Positions 17,797 to 26,372 of a stretch of 31,464 bases of DNA are shown here, one piece after another. The notes below the pieces were generated by a model. The model ran no database searches. It saw nothing but the letters and a program-made list of their open reading frames with translations, and was not told the DNA's origin. The stretch comes from a virus. Its lineage: Duplodnaviria; Caudoviricetes. Both the position numbers and the translations under genes were made by a program. The DNA lies in the IMG/VR virus record IMGVR_UViG_3300020045_001854, positions 1-31,464 of that record. The stretch is one strand, 5' to 3'. Position 1 is the stretch's first letter. The number at the start of each line of letters is the position of its first letter.

Positions 17797-20001
17797 ATGG
17801 CGGGTTTTGAAAATGATGTCGTCTACGCTCTAAATGCTGATTTTAGCACAGTCGACAATCAGACTCCTTCAGCAGCAAACGGATTAGCTACCAATGGACA
17901 ACTGTGGATTGGATCTACAGCAGCAAACGCTGGGGGAACTCATATCAACGTGGGCGCTCTTACATCTCCAAATGGTACAATATCTTTTAGTTATTCATCT
18001 CCAAATATCACTGCAGAAGTTGTTAATCAAAACTTTGATCCTATAGGAACTCTTCAATACTTTTCTTCAGGTGGTTCTGATACAACATATCCAGGCCCTC
18101 AATGGCTTAAATGTGATGGCTCAGTTCTTGCTCAAGCAAGCTATACAGTCTTGTTTTCTAGATTAGGCTTACTTAACGGAGCTGGAACAGTATGGACTAA
18201 AAACTCTTCACAACTTATTGACTATGTGTTTACTGGTGTTGCCTATGGAAACTCTACATATGTGCGTGTGTCCAATTCGCTTGGAAATTTTGTTAGTACA
18301 TCTACTGATGGGATTACGTGGGTGAGTAGAACAACTGGTGTTACTTCTGCACTTAGTTCAATTGTTTTTGGTAATGGAATATTTGTTGCAGCAGGAACAG
18401 GTGGTGCAATGGCAACATCTACTGATGGGATTACTTGGACTGCACAGACTAGTGGATCAGTGGCTGCTATCAATGCTTTGGTGTATAACGGAACTCGTTT
18501 TGCATTCCCAACTAGTCAATTTGTCATGTCCAGCTCAACAGATGCTGTAACATGGACTCAATATGCTTCTCCGGTTCAAGTTACAATGAGCCGATTAGCA
18601 GCTAGCAATGGTACTTCTTTTGTAGGATCAACAACTACTTGGTTCTATGTAACATCTACAGATGGAGTGGCGTGGTCTAGCAGAACCCCTACTGTAGCTC
18701 AAGCAATTTCATCATCTGGAACGCGAAGTATTGTCTATGGAGGAGGCCAGTACGTATGCTGTACAGGAGGTCCTTCTGTATCTAACTCACCTGATGGAGT
18801 GGTGTGGACAGCAAGATCCACAGGAGCCACAACACTATCTTTTACTAGTGTTGTTTACGGTGGAAACTATGTAGTAGGTGGTTTTGCAGGTATCGTATAC
18901 AGCTCAACAGATGCTGTAACATGGACTGCTAGAACGAGCAATACTTCATCTTCTATCTTCGCATTAGGATTTGGTGCTTCTACTTATGTATATGGAACAG
19001 CAGCTGGTGGAGGTGGTACGAGTACTGATGGAACTACCTGGGTGGCACATAATACGGGAAGCGCATCGGCAGTAAGAACTATTACATATGGCACTGTATT
19101 TGCTTATGGATTTATTGGAGGCGGTCTTTCAACAAGTACTGACGGCGTCACTTTCACAGCAAGGACTAGCGGAACAGCTTCAGTTATTCAATGTATAAAC
19201 TATCTAAATGGGCAGTACGTTTATGGTGGTGCTGGCGGAGTTTTAGCTACATCTACAGATGCAATAACATGGAATGCCCAAACAAGTGGAACCACATCCA
19301 CAATATTGGCAATGGCTTATGGAAACGAATATGTTTACTGTGGTGTTGGTGGAGCTGTAGCTACATCTACAGATGCTGTTACTTGGACACAGAGATTCTC
19401 TGGAAAAGTATCTAGTCTAGATTCCATAATATGGGACGGTAGTAAATATATTGCAGCTATAGCAACGGGTGGACATGGTTTTATCACATCTACAGATGCA
19501 ATAACATGGACTGTTTATAATCCACCTGGTTTAACGTCTGGGATCCAAGTTCTTTCTTTATACTATGGATCTGAGATCATTGCTGGAGCTTCTGCAGGTC
19601 AGATATATACTACTACAGATACTTTCACCTGGACTTATCGACCTGGATTAACTGGATTTGTCTCTGGCGTTACCTCAATTACTTCTACAGGAGGAAAGTT
19701 TTATGCGGTAGGTAATTACCCCACAACTACCCCTGTTGTTCCTGTTTCATATGCAGGAAGTTCAACAGACGGAAGAACATGGTATCCTGTTTTGATGGGA
19801 ACTTCTACAGATAGTTTTAACTCTTTAGTATATGGAGATAAATTTGTTGCTGTAGGTAATTCTGGTGTTACATGGACAGCTTCCGGAACTTATGGATATA
19901 ACGCAGCCACAAGCTTCCAGCTGCCTGTTGACTTAATTCAAAGATTAACTTATGAATCACAAGATAACTACTCAAAAACTCTATATATAAGGGCGACATA
20001 G
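17797..20001 (+). CDS. Receptor-binding/tail fibre protein with tail-collar motif and 13 Asp-box-like repeats
   Basis: PIGTLQYF..WLKCDGS..YTVLFSRLG collar motif; repeated (S/T)xD(G/A)xxW units about 39 aa apart. Confidence 0.8.
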   Translation: MAGFENDVVYALNADFSTVDNQTPSAANGLATNGQLWIGSTAANAGGTHINVGALTSPNGTISFSYSSPNITAEVVNQNFDPIGTLQYFSSGGSDTTYPGPQWLKCDGSVLAQASYTVLFSRLGLLNGAGTVWTKNSSQLIDYVFTGVAYGNSTYVRVSNSLGNFVSTSTDGITWVSRTTGVTSALSSIVFGNGIFVAAGTGGAMATSTDGITWTAQTSGSVAAINALVYNGTRFAFPTSQFVMSSSTDAVTWTQYASPVQVTMSRLAASNGTSFVGSTTTWFYVTSTDGVAWSSRTPTVAQAISSSGTRSIVYGGGQYVCCTGGPSVSNSPDGVVWTARSTGATTLSFTSVVYGGNYVVGGFAGIVYSSTDAVTWTARTSNTSSSIFALGFGASTYVYGTAAGGGGTSTDGTTWVAHNTGSASAVRTITYGTVFAYGFIGGGLSTSTDGVTFTARTSGTASVIQCINYLNGQYVYGGAGGVLATSTDAITWNAQTSGTTSTILAMAYGNEYVYCGVGGAVATSTDAVTWTQRFSGKVSSLDSIIWDGSKYIAAIATGGHGFITSTDAITWTVYNPPGLTSGIQVLSLYYGSEIIAGASAGQIYTTTDTFTWTYRPGLTGFVSGVTSITSTGGKFYAVGNYPTTTPVVPVSYAGSSTDGRTWYPVLMGTSTDSFNSLVYGDKFVAVGNSGVTWTASGTYGYNAATSFQLPVDLIQRLTYESQDNYSKTLYIRAT

Positions 20002-20721
20002 ATGACTAAAGTTATGATTGTGACTCCGGCATATGACGGAAGGGTGCATGTGCAATTCAGTATAGCATTAGCTGAAACATACTCACTACTTGCTTCTCAA
20101 GGTATAGAATTCTCTATACAGATTCACTGTGCTGGATCTTTATTAACAGCCGAAAGAAATAGATTAATGGAAGCCTTCATAGCCAGTGACGCAACTCACG
20201 TATTATGTGTAGATAGCGATTTAGGATGGCCGGCTGAAGCCGTTATGGGAATGTTAAAACACGATGTTGATTTCATAGCAGGTCTATATCCTACTCGAAA
20301 AGATAACATGTTCCTATTTCGTCCTTACAACAATGAAGATGGATCTCTGGTGAAATCTGAAAATAATCTTCTGAAGATGCAATACATTCCTGCAGGTTTT
20401 ATGCTTTTAAAGAGAGAAGCCGTTCAGAAAATGAGAGATACTTTCCCCGATCTTTACTTTGAACCTAAAGTAAAGAATGAACAGATGTTTGCTGGATATG
20501 CTCTTTTCAATACAGAGGTATGGGAAGGAGAGTTCTGGGGAGAAGACTACTACTTCTGTAGAAAAGCTCGTGAAGCGGGAATAGATATATGGGTAGATCC
20601 TCTTGTTGAGTTCGATCATGCGGGTGCGCGCGGATGTATTATGAGTGTTTTAGGTAATGAGCCAGGAGCTTCACAATCAACGCCTAGAGATGTTTCTAAG
20701 AAGATGTATGTTATAAGCTAA
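20002..20721 (+). CDS. Glycosyltransferase-like protein (GT-A/GT2-like)
   Basis: RNRL..THVLCVDSD (DxD), GFMLLKR, GEDYYFCRKAREAG..VDP..H motifs. Confidence 0.8.
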   Translation: MTKVMIVTPAYDGRVHVQFSIALAETYSLLASQGIEFSIQIHCAGSLLTAERNRLMEAFIASDATHVLCVDSDLGWPAEAVMGMLKHDVDFIAGLYPTRKDNMFLFRPYNNEDGSLVKSENNLLKMQYIPAGFMLLKREAVQKMRDTFPDLYFEPKVKNEQMFAGYALFNTEVWEGEFWGEDYYFCRKAREAGIDIWVDPLVEFDHAGARGCIMSVLGNEPGASQSTPRDVSKKMYVIS

Positions 20722-20733
20722 CAAAGGACCCCA

Positions 20734-23037
20734 ATGAGCAGTCAAGCAGGTTTAAGTCCTAAAGGCCCCAATAACTATGTTGGACCAAATGTTTATCTCC
20801 CTTCCATTGTTTCTAGAAATCGAGAGCCTTTAGGTTCAGATTATCGTCAACCTGAAACAGGAAAGCTATATCCTGTAGGCTCATACTGGATTATTTCTAT
20901 TGATCCTACTACAGGAACGCAAGGGGATCTTTGGTATCTTTCTAAGATAGTGGCTAACGTAGCTTACTGGATTCAACTAAGTTCTGGGGGTCCAGGTACT
21001 CTTCTTGATGTTATTGTACAAGCAGTGACGGCTCCTGGGGTTAATCCTGTTACTCCTGTAGCTGGGGACATTACCTTCCAAGGAGCTGTAGTTGCTAACC
21101 ATTCCGTACCTGTAGAAACAAGAAGTCGTGCTCTTCATGTGATGAACCTTGAAGTTCAATACGCAACATCTGCTGCTGCAACCGATGGAACTAAGAGCGG
21201 ACTGGCGCATTTCAATAGTGCTCAGTTTACTGTAGATTCTAGTGGTTTTGTCTCCACAAGTGGAACAGGGGTTGGAAAGACAATCACTGGAGATACTGGT
21301 GGTGCTCTTTCTCCTACTGCTGGTAACTGGAACATCATTGGACAAGATGGTATCACTACACATGGGGCAGTATCTACTCTTACGATTACTCCTAGAGGTG
21401 CTGGAGTGGCTAACATGTTTCTGGGCCAAGGAGCTGGAAATCTTACACTTTCAGGAAGTGGAAACGTGTCTTATGGCGCTGATACATGCCCAAATATAAC
21501 TACTGGCGATGAGAATGTTTGTATAGGATTCAATGCTGGTAATGACATTACTACTGGGGATTCAAACATATGCATGGGTAACGATGCAGGAATGTCAATC
21601 ACTACTGGTCTTAATAACGTTGCTATTGGCGCAGGTGCTCTTAGAACTGCAATAGGTACTAATGAAAATACAGCAGTTGGTACAAATGCCTTATCTCTAT
21701 CCACTGGAACCGCATGTGTGGCTGTAGGAGCAGCAGCAGCCGCAAACGCTTCAGCTGGTAATGGTACAACCGCAATAGGATGGAATGCATTATCAAACTC
21801 TACAGGAGCTACAAATACTGCTGTTGGATTTAACTCATTGAGTGATGTAACTAGCGGCGTAAATAATACTGGCATAGGTGAAAGTTCTGGCACAGGATTA
21901 TTAACAGGTAGTTATAACATATTTATCGGCAGTACGTCCGGTATGAATTACAACGGAGCTGAAAGTAGCAATATACTTATAAATAACGCTGGTGTTGTTG
22001 GTGAATCCCATGTAATGCGTTTAGGTATACAAGGCTCTGGCAATGGTGGAATTATCAATACATTTGTTGCTGGTATTGTAGGTATAACGGTATCTAATGC
22101 TGTTCCTGTGATGATCGACTCTACTACTGGTCAACTTGGTGTTGGAGTAGGAACTTCTACATTAGTTACCACATATGAACTCGCCGATAGTCCGGGTACA
22201 TGGACCAAAAATGCTAATACAAAATTTGTTGAAGTTATCATGTGGGGAGGCGGTGCTGGTGGTGGTTCTGGAAGAAAAGGAGTCACAACAGCAGCGGGGG
22301 GCGGAGCCGGAGGAAGTGGTGCCGGAAACGTGTGGATGAGAGGTCCAGCGTCATTCTTTGGTGCATCTCAAAACTTTATCGTTGGGGCTGGAGGTGCTGG
22401 AGCTGCGGCACAGACCACAGACAACACTGACGGGATTATTGGTTCTGATGGAACTGCATCTGTTTTTGGAATTCTTTCTACTGCTTCATCCTTAGCAGGT
22501 AATGGTGGAACCGATACTCTAGCAAGCGGAGGTCAATCTGTTAATAACACTGGAGTCGTGGTTACTTTAAGAGCTGGCGAAGGTGGAATAGGAGCAAACG
22601 TAAACGGAGGAGTTTCCGTTGGATCAGGAGGAACTGCTCAAGACTATGGTTATTATGGAACTACTGGCGGGGGTGGCGGGGGTGGATCAGATGTTGCTGT
22701 AGAGAGACCAGGTGGCGATGCGGGAGGTCTTACCAATGTAGATAGCACTGCTAATCTTATTGCTGGATCTGCTGGTGGTTTGGAATCAACAGGTATCAAT
22801 GGTGCCAACGCAGTTCAACCTAGCGGTCAAGCTGCCTTTTTAGGTGGATTCGGGGGAGGTGGCGGTGGTGGATATTCTGTTGGTGCAATGGGAGCTACCA
22901 CAGGAGGCAGAGGGGGAAATGGAGCTATTCCTGGTGGAGGCGGCGGAGGTGGTGGTGGGGGCCTTACAGCTGTAGCTAATAGCGGAGCCGGAGGAAATGG
23001 AGCCAACGGTAGAATCATTGTGATTGAATACCTGTAG
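20734..23037 (+). CDS. Tail fibre protein with NTAVG-type beta-roll repeats and Gly-rich C-terminal domain
   Basis: NVAIGAGAL/NTAVGTNAL/NTAVGFNSL repeats; GGGAGGGSG..GANGRIIVIEY C-terminal domain. Confidence 0.8.
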   Translation: MSSQAGLSPKGPNNYVGPNVYLPSIVSRNREPLGSDYRQPETGKLYPVGSYWIISIDPTTGTQGDLWYLSKIVANVAYWIQLSSGGPGTLLDVIVQAVTAPGVNPVTPVAGDITFQGAVVANHSVPVETRSRALHVMNLEVQYATSAAATDGTKSGLAHFNSAQFTVDSSGFVSTSGTGVGKTITGDTGGALSPTAGNWNIIGQDGITTHGAVSTLTITPRGAGVANMFLGQGAGNLTLSGSGNVSYGADTCPNITTGDENVCIGFNAGNDITTGDSNICMGNDAGMSITTGLNNVAIGAGALRTAIGTNENTAVGTNALSLSTGTACVAVGAAAAANASAGNGTTAIGWNALSNSTGATNTAVGFNSLSDVTSGVNNTGIGESSGTGLLTGSYNIFIGSTSGMNYNGAESSNILINNAGVVGESHVMRLGIQGSGNGGIINTFVAGIVGITVSNAVPVMIDSTTGQLGVGVGTSTLVTTYELADSPGTWTKNANTKFVEVIMWGGGAGGGSGRKGVTTAAGGGAGGSGAGNVWMRGPASFFGASQNFIVGAGGAGAAAQTTDNTDGIIGSDGTASVFGILSTASSLAGNGGTDTLASGGQSVNNTGVVVTLRAGEGGIGANVNGGVSVGSGGTAQDYGYYGTTGGGGGGGSDVAVERPGGDAGGLTNVDSTANLIAGSAGGLESTGINGANAVQPSGQAAFLGGFGGGGGGGYSVGAMGATTGGRGGNGAIPGGGGGGGGGGLTAVANSGAGGNGANGRIIVIEYL

Positions 23038-23050
23038 GCTCCCTAATAGA

Positions 23051-23218
23051 TTACTTCTTTTTCTTTCCCGCTTGAGCCATCTTTTCCATCTTCTCTTTTC
23101 CGTACTTTTTCATTCCTACTGCCGCTGCTACTGCTGCGGGGTTCGAAGCACCTGACTTTGCTGCACTCTTCTCCACTGCTGCAAATCTCGCTCCTGAGCC
23201 TAATTTTGCTTTTGCCAT
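23051..23218 (-). CDS. Small basic phage protein, 55 aa (not in ORF track)
   Basis: AAGGAG RBS; MAKAKLGSGARFAAVEKSAAKSGASNPAAVAAAVGMKKYGKEKMEKMAQAGKKKK. Confidence 0.8.
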   Translation of the reverse strand: MAKAKLGSGARFAAVEKSAAKSGASNPAAVAAAVGMKKYGKEKMEKMAQAGKKKK

Positions 23219-23252
23219 AATATTCACTCCTTAAATTTATATAACACATTCT

Positions 23253-23414
23253 CTACACTTTGCTTTTATACTGACTCATACATCTTCTTATAACTTCTTT
23301 CTTGCCTTTCTTATTAACCTTTCCTTCTTGGAAAATCCTACATAGCCAAGAAGATTCAGCTGCTAACTCTCTGTTAAACTTGTTGTTTTCTTTTTGATTT
23401 TGTGTTAATTTCAT
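23253..23414 (-). CDS. Small basic hypothetical protein, 53 aa (not in ORF track)
   Basis: AAGGA RBS; MKLTQNQKENNKFNRELAAESSWLCRIF...SKV fills the gap in the operon. Confidence 0.55.
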   Translation of the reverse strand: MKLTQNQKENNKFNRELAAESSWLCRIFQEGKVNKKGKKEVIRRCMSQYKSKV

Positions 23415-23424
23415 ACATTCCTTA

Positions 23425-23652
23425 TTATTTTGGCAAGACTTGTACTGGAACTTCTAGACTTGTTTTTATAGTGTTGGTAGCAGCTTCATCTACTACATCG
23501 CTCGCTGTTCCCTCTGTGTGAACCATCGTTATGGTTGATGTACAGGATGGCAACAGAGATAACATAAAGATCAACACTGATAAAGTGACTAGAACCAACA
23601 GTAAACACATCCAGATACCTGGCTTCTTTTCATCATTCTTCTTATTTTCCAT
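23425..23652 (-). CDS. Probable lipoprotein, 75 aa
   Basis: Basic N-terminus, hydrophobic stretch, lipobox-like LPSC. Confidence 0.65.
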   Translation of the reverse strand: MENKKNDEKKPGIWMCLLLVLVTLSVLIFMLSLLPSCTSTITMVHTEGTASDVVDEAATNTIKTSLEVPVQVLPK

Positions 23653-24349
23653 TCTCTTTCTCCTCTTCTTTAACTATTTTTCTCTTGTTCTTCCATGAAT
23701 TAAAATTTTCAATGATAGATTCTTTTTCAAGAAGTTTCTTTACGCATTCTGATTGGGTTAGCTTGAATTTTTCCATCACAAGTTTGATGTATTCCCATAC
23801 GAGACCTTTGTCTTCTTTTTCAAATCTAGCCAATAGTCTTGTAAGGTTTGCTAGATCTTCGGCAGCTTGTGAGTCATCATCTTTAGGCTCTAACTGAGGC
23901 TCAATTGCACCTTTCTTCTTCTGTTGATCATACTTGCCTCTTCCGGATGCTGTTTCTCCGTCATCATCTTCGGAGACTAGGCCGAGCAATGTAGCTATAG
24001 AATATCTACGCATATATGTTACCGCGGCTCCTAGACCTTGACTGTCCAGCTTTGGATTTAATATCGGTAGATATGATTTCAACCATTGACCGCTCTCGGG
24101 ATGGATCAATGTTGCTACAATCATAGGCTCAGAAAAACTTCCATTTCCTGCTTGCACTAAGATCAATCCATTCTCAATCAGATGCTCTTCTGATGCGTCG
24201 ATATAGGCGTTCAAAGAAGCATAGTTGGACTTATGAAAAGGATTCTTGGAATCCTTCTTCACTGTTCCTATCTTTTGCTTTGCCTTCATAAGCTTAGCCA
24301 ATACGATATCGCATTTTGTACTCATCTCTGGCTTCAAATTCTCTGTCAT
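23642..24349 (-). CDS. erf: ERF-family ssDNA annealing protein
   Basis: KDSKNPFHKSNYASL, HPESGQW, QGLGAAVTYMRRYSI..EDDDGE motifs. Confidence 0.92.
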   Translation of the reverse strand: MTENLKPEMSTKCDIVLAKLMKAKQKIGTVKKDSKNPFHKSNYASLNAYIDASEEHLIENGLILVQAGNGSFSEPMIVATLIHPESGQWLKSYLPILNPKLDSQGLGAAVTYMRRYSIATLLGLVSEDDDGETASGRGKYDQQKKKGAIEPQLEPKDDDSQAAEDLANLTRLLARFEKEDKGLVWEYIKLVMEKFKLTQSECVKKLLEKESIIENFNSWKNKRKIVKEEEKENGK

Positions 24350-24561
24350 CGGTATCCTCTGTAAATTGGGTTATTAGCCAGCTCTTGAGCCCAGGCTGCC
24401 TCATCTTTCCTCTCGTAATCTCTTATATCGTCCCCATAATCCCCTTGTGTTGGAACGTAGTTTCCAGGCGATTTTTTCTTTGGGGTACTTTCTTTTGGTT
24501 TTAATTGGCTTTCTCTGAATTTTTCTAGTCGTAGTTGCATAGAAGGGCTTAGATCGCTCAT
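24346..24561 (-). CDS. Hypothetical protein, 71 aa
   Basis: AGGAG RBS, ATGA overlap with erf. Confidence 0.7.
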   Translation of the reverse strand: MSDLSPSMQLRLEKFRESQLKPKESTPKKKSPGNYVPTQGDYGDDIRDYERKDEAAWAQELANNPIYRGYR

Positions 24562-24570
24562 TGGTTACTC

Positions 24571-25107
24571 CTATTGGAAAAAGTGGGCCCAAACGCGGTA
24601 GATGGTCAAAAAAAAACCATCATCGACAGGATACTCATGTATCTTGGCTTCTTTTCCGTTTTTGTTAAGATGCAAGAAATAGATCTTTCGTATGTCATGG
24701 CCTGCTTTGCGCGCTAGATATGCATATGCGCATCCTTGTGCTTGCCACGTCTTAGAAGGACGAGCAGATGTCTTGAGATCTAATACAGCAAGACCATCTG
24801 GAGTGCGTAATATTAGATCAACTTGTCCTGTAATCTGTAGTTCATCATCCCAGAAACGCTGTTCCATCATCACTACATCATGACCAAGCGCCCACCATTT
24901 CTTAAAAGATTCAACGTATCCACGCGTTTCATCATCAACTCCGATTTCACCAAGACCTTCAATGATCGCTTCACATATCTGATGAACTTTTGTACCTCTA
25001 GATGCAGCGTGAGCAACTATTTCTGCATCTATCTTTTCTAAGCCAGAAAACGGATAAAGTATATTCGTAACTCTGGAATAGTTTTCTCTGGTTTTTTTGT
25101 CTTTCAC
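24571..25107 (-). CDS. PD-(D/E)XK exonuclease (RecB/Cas4-like), likely partner of ERF
   Basis: RGTKVH, E..F, GQVDL..LDLKT, QGCAY motifs. Confidence 0.85.
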   Translation of the reverse strand: MKDKKTRENYSRVTNILYPFSGLEKIDAEIVAHAASRGTKVHQICEAIIEGLGEIGVDDETRGYVESFKKWWALGHDVVMMEQRFWDDELQITGQVDLILRTPDGLAVLDLKTSARPSKTWQAQGCAYAYLARKAGHDIRKIYFLHLNKNGKEAKIHEYPVDDGFFLTIYRVWAHFFQ

Positions 25108-25263
25108 GCTTTAAAGTCTATCTGAGTTAGTTCACACATTTGGAGAAACATCTCCATATGTAAAAGTTTATTTTAACTCACCCTAAGTGATTTTGCTTTT
25201 TAGTGACAAGCAAAATTTTTAACCAAATGAAAAAACACGTGGGATGCTGTGTGCTTAAATTTG

Positions 25264-25291
25264 TTGTTTTAAAAAAACCATTTGATATGAT
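25264..25291 (+). promoter_or_regulatory. Candidate rightward promoter of the replication operon
   Basis: TTGTTT-N16-TATGAT with extended TG, in the divergent intergenic region. Confidence 0.35.
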
Positions 25292-25361
25292 ACGCGCACC
25301 ACAGCAGAAAGATGCTATGTATAGAAAAAAGATGACAAGAATAAATAAACACTTTACGGTG

Positions 25362-25398
25362 AAAACAAAAAGCTCCGAAGAATAAACCTCGGAGCCTT
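25362..25398 (-). terminator. Minus-strand intrinsic terminator
   Basis: AAGGCUCCGAGG-uuuauu-CUUCGGAGCUUUUUGUUUU; G-U pairs and U tail only on the minus strand. Confidence 0.7.
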
Positions 25399-25399
25399 A

Positions 25400-25539
25400 A
25401 GATTTCCTATGATGGATCTAAAGAAAAGCTAACACGATTCTTCCCGGAATCGAAAGCTATAGACAGCAACCACTGTCATTTATAGCATGTTATCCTAATT
25501 AGATCCATAGGAAATCTCCAAAGGAGATAAATGGATCTA
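25400..25539 (+). promoter_or_regulatory. Structured 5' leader with two alternative pairings over RBS/AUG
   Basis: 25499-25517 pairs with 25400-25421 (19 bp, 3-nt bulge), or 25500-25519 pairs with 25523-25539 (RBS and start codon). Confidence 0.6.
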
Positions 25540-25806
25540 TATGCCCTTACCTCACAAGAGGTTCTCGAACGCATTTCAAGACATTGTCCTCAAGCATTAA
25601 GTGCTTACTTACAATGCATAAATCGTGCAAACGCCGATGGGTCAATCTTCTTCAACAGGTCTCTTGTTGAGGTCGAAATGTCCGAACGGTGGACACCTTT
25701 CAAAAACCATATCAAAAAGTTAGCCTTAGAAAACCTTTTGCAATGGTCTCCATTCAATGGAGGCATTGCAGTCACCTTGGTACCCCATGATGATGACGAT
25801 GAGTGA
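25531..25806 (+). CDS. Hypothetical protein, 91 aa, possibly winged-helix
   Basis: AAGGAG RBS; first gene of the rightward operon. Confidence 0.75.
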   Translation: MDLYALTSQEVLERISRHCPQALSAYLQCINRANADGSIFFNRSLVEVEMSERWTPFKNHIKKLALENLLQWSPFNGGIAVTLVPHDDDDE

Positions 25807-26077
25807 TAAGGCGTGCTGTTGCGATGATTGTTTTGATTTGATCGCTAAAAGAAGTGCAGATTCAGCCAGACTTTGGCTGGATCTGTGCGATATCTATTAC
25901 AATTCTAATGCGATATTGATGATAGGCAACAGCGCACCAACTCCGTCTATTCGCACTCTAGAAACTCTTGGATTTATCCTGACTACTGAAACCCAGCACA
26001 TGACTTATGTTCGTGTGTTGGGTGAAGTATTCGACGGTGAAGAAAGATATTTCTGCGGAGGTAGATGCCATGAGTGA
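25799..26077 (+). CDS. Hypothetical Cys-containing protein
   Basis: Overlap-coupled start near 25799 (exact Met uncertain); CCCDDC motif. Confidence 0.65.
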   Translation: MSDKACCCDDCFDLIAKRSADSARLWLDLCDIYYNSNAILMIGNSAPTPSIRTLETLGFILTTETQHMTYVRVLGEVFDGEERYFCGGRCHE

Positions 26078-26372
26078 TCAGATGAAAACATGCAGTAGAT
26101 GTCATGAATCAAAGATCATCCATATGGATTTTTACATGTGCCAAGGAATCTACCGGAGCGAGTGCAAAAGATGCACTATAAAGAAAAACACCAGCTATCA
26201 AAAACGAACTCAACCATGGAAGTACAGGGTGGTTGACGAAGATAAGAAGCAATACCGAAAGGAGTACTACGCTGCAAACAAAGAAAAGTTCGCAGCGTAT
26301 CGTACTACCTTTAACGAAAAGAATCCTGAATATCACAAACTTTATGCGAGAAAGAAATATGACAAACAATGA
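26070..26372 (+). CDS. Zinc-binding protein (CxxC...CxxC), no HNH domain
   Basis: GGAGG RBS; KTCSRC..FY..SECKRC then basic helix. Confidence 0.7.
   Translation: MSDQMKTCSRCHESKIIHMDFYMCQGIYRSECKRCTIKKNTSYQKRTQPWKYRVVDEDKKQYRKEYYAANKEKFAAYRTTFNEKNPEYHKLYARKKYDKQ

Noticed and set aside
23043-23249. 68-aa ORF from the track
   Set aside because: The overlapping frame 23051-23218 has a strong RBS and a more typical phage protein sequence
24571-25107. CRISPR-Cas (Cas4)
   Set aside because: No array or other cas genes, no Fe-S cysteine set; context with ERF indicates a recombination nuclease
25203-25385. 60-aa ORF in the divergent intergenic region
   Set aside because: GTG start with no RBS, overlaps promoter-like sequence; a leader peptide cannot be fully excluded
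25400-25517. tRNA
   Set aside because: Branched fold but no T-loop or D-loop consensus and stems are too long
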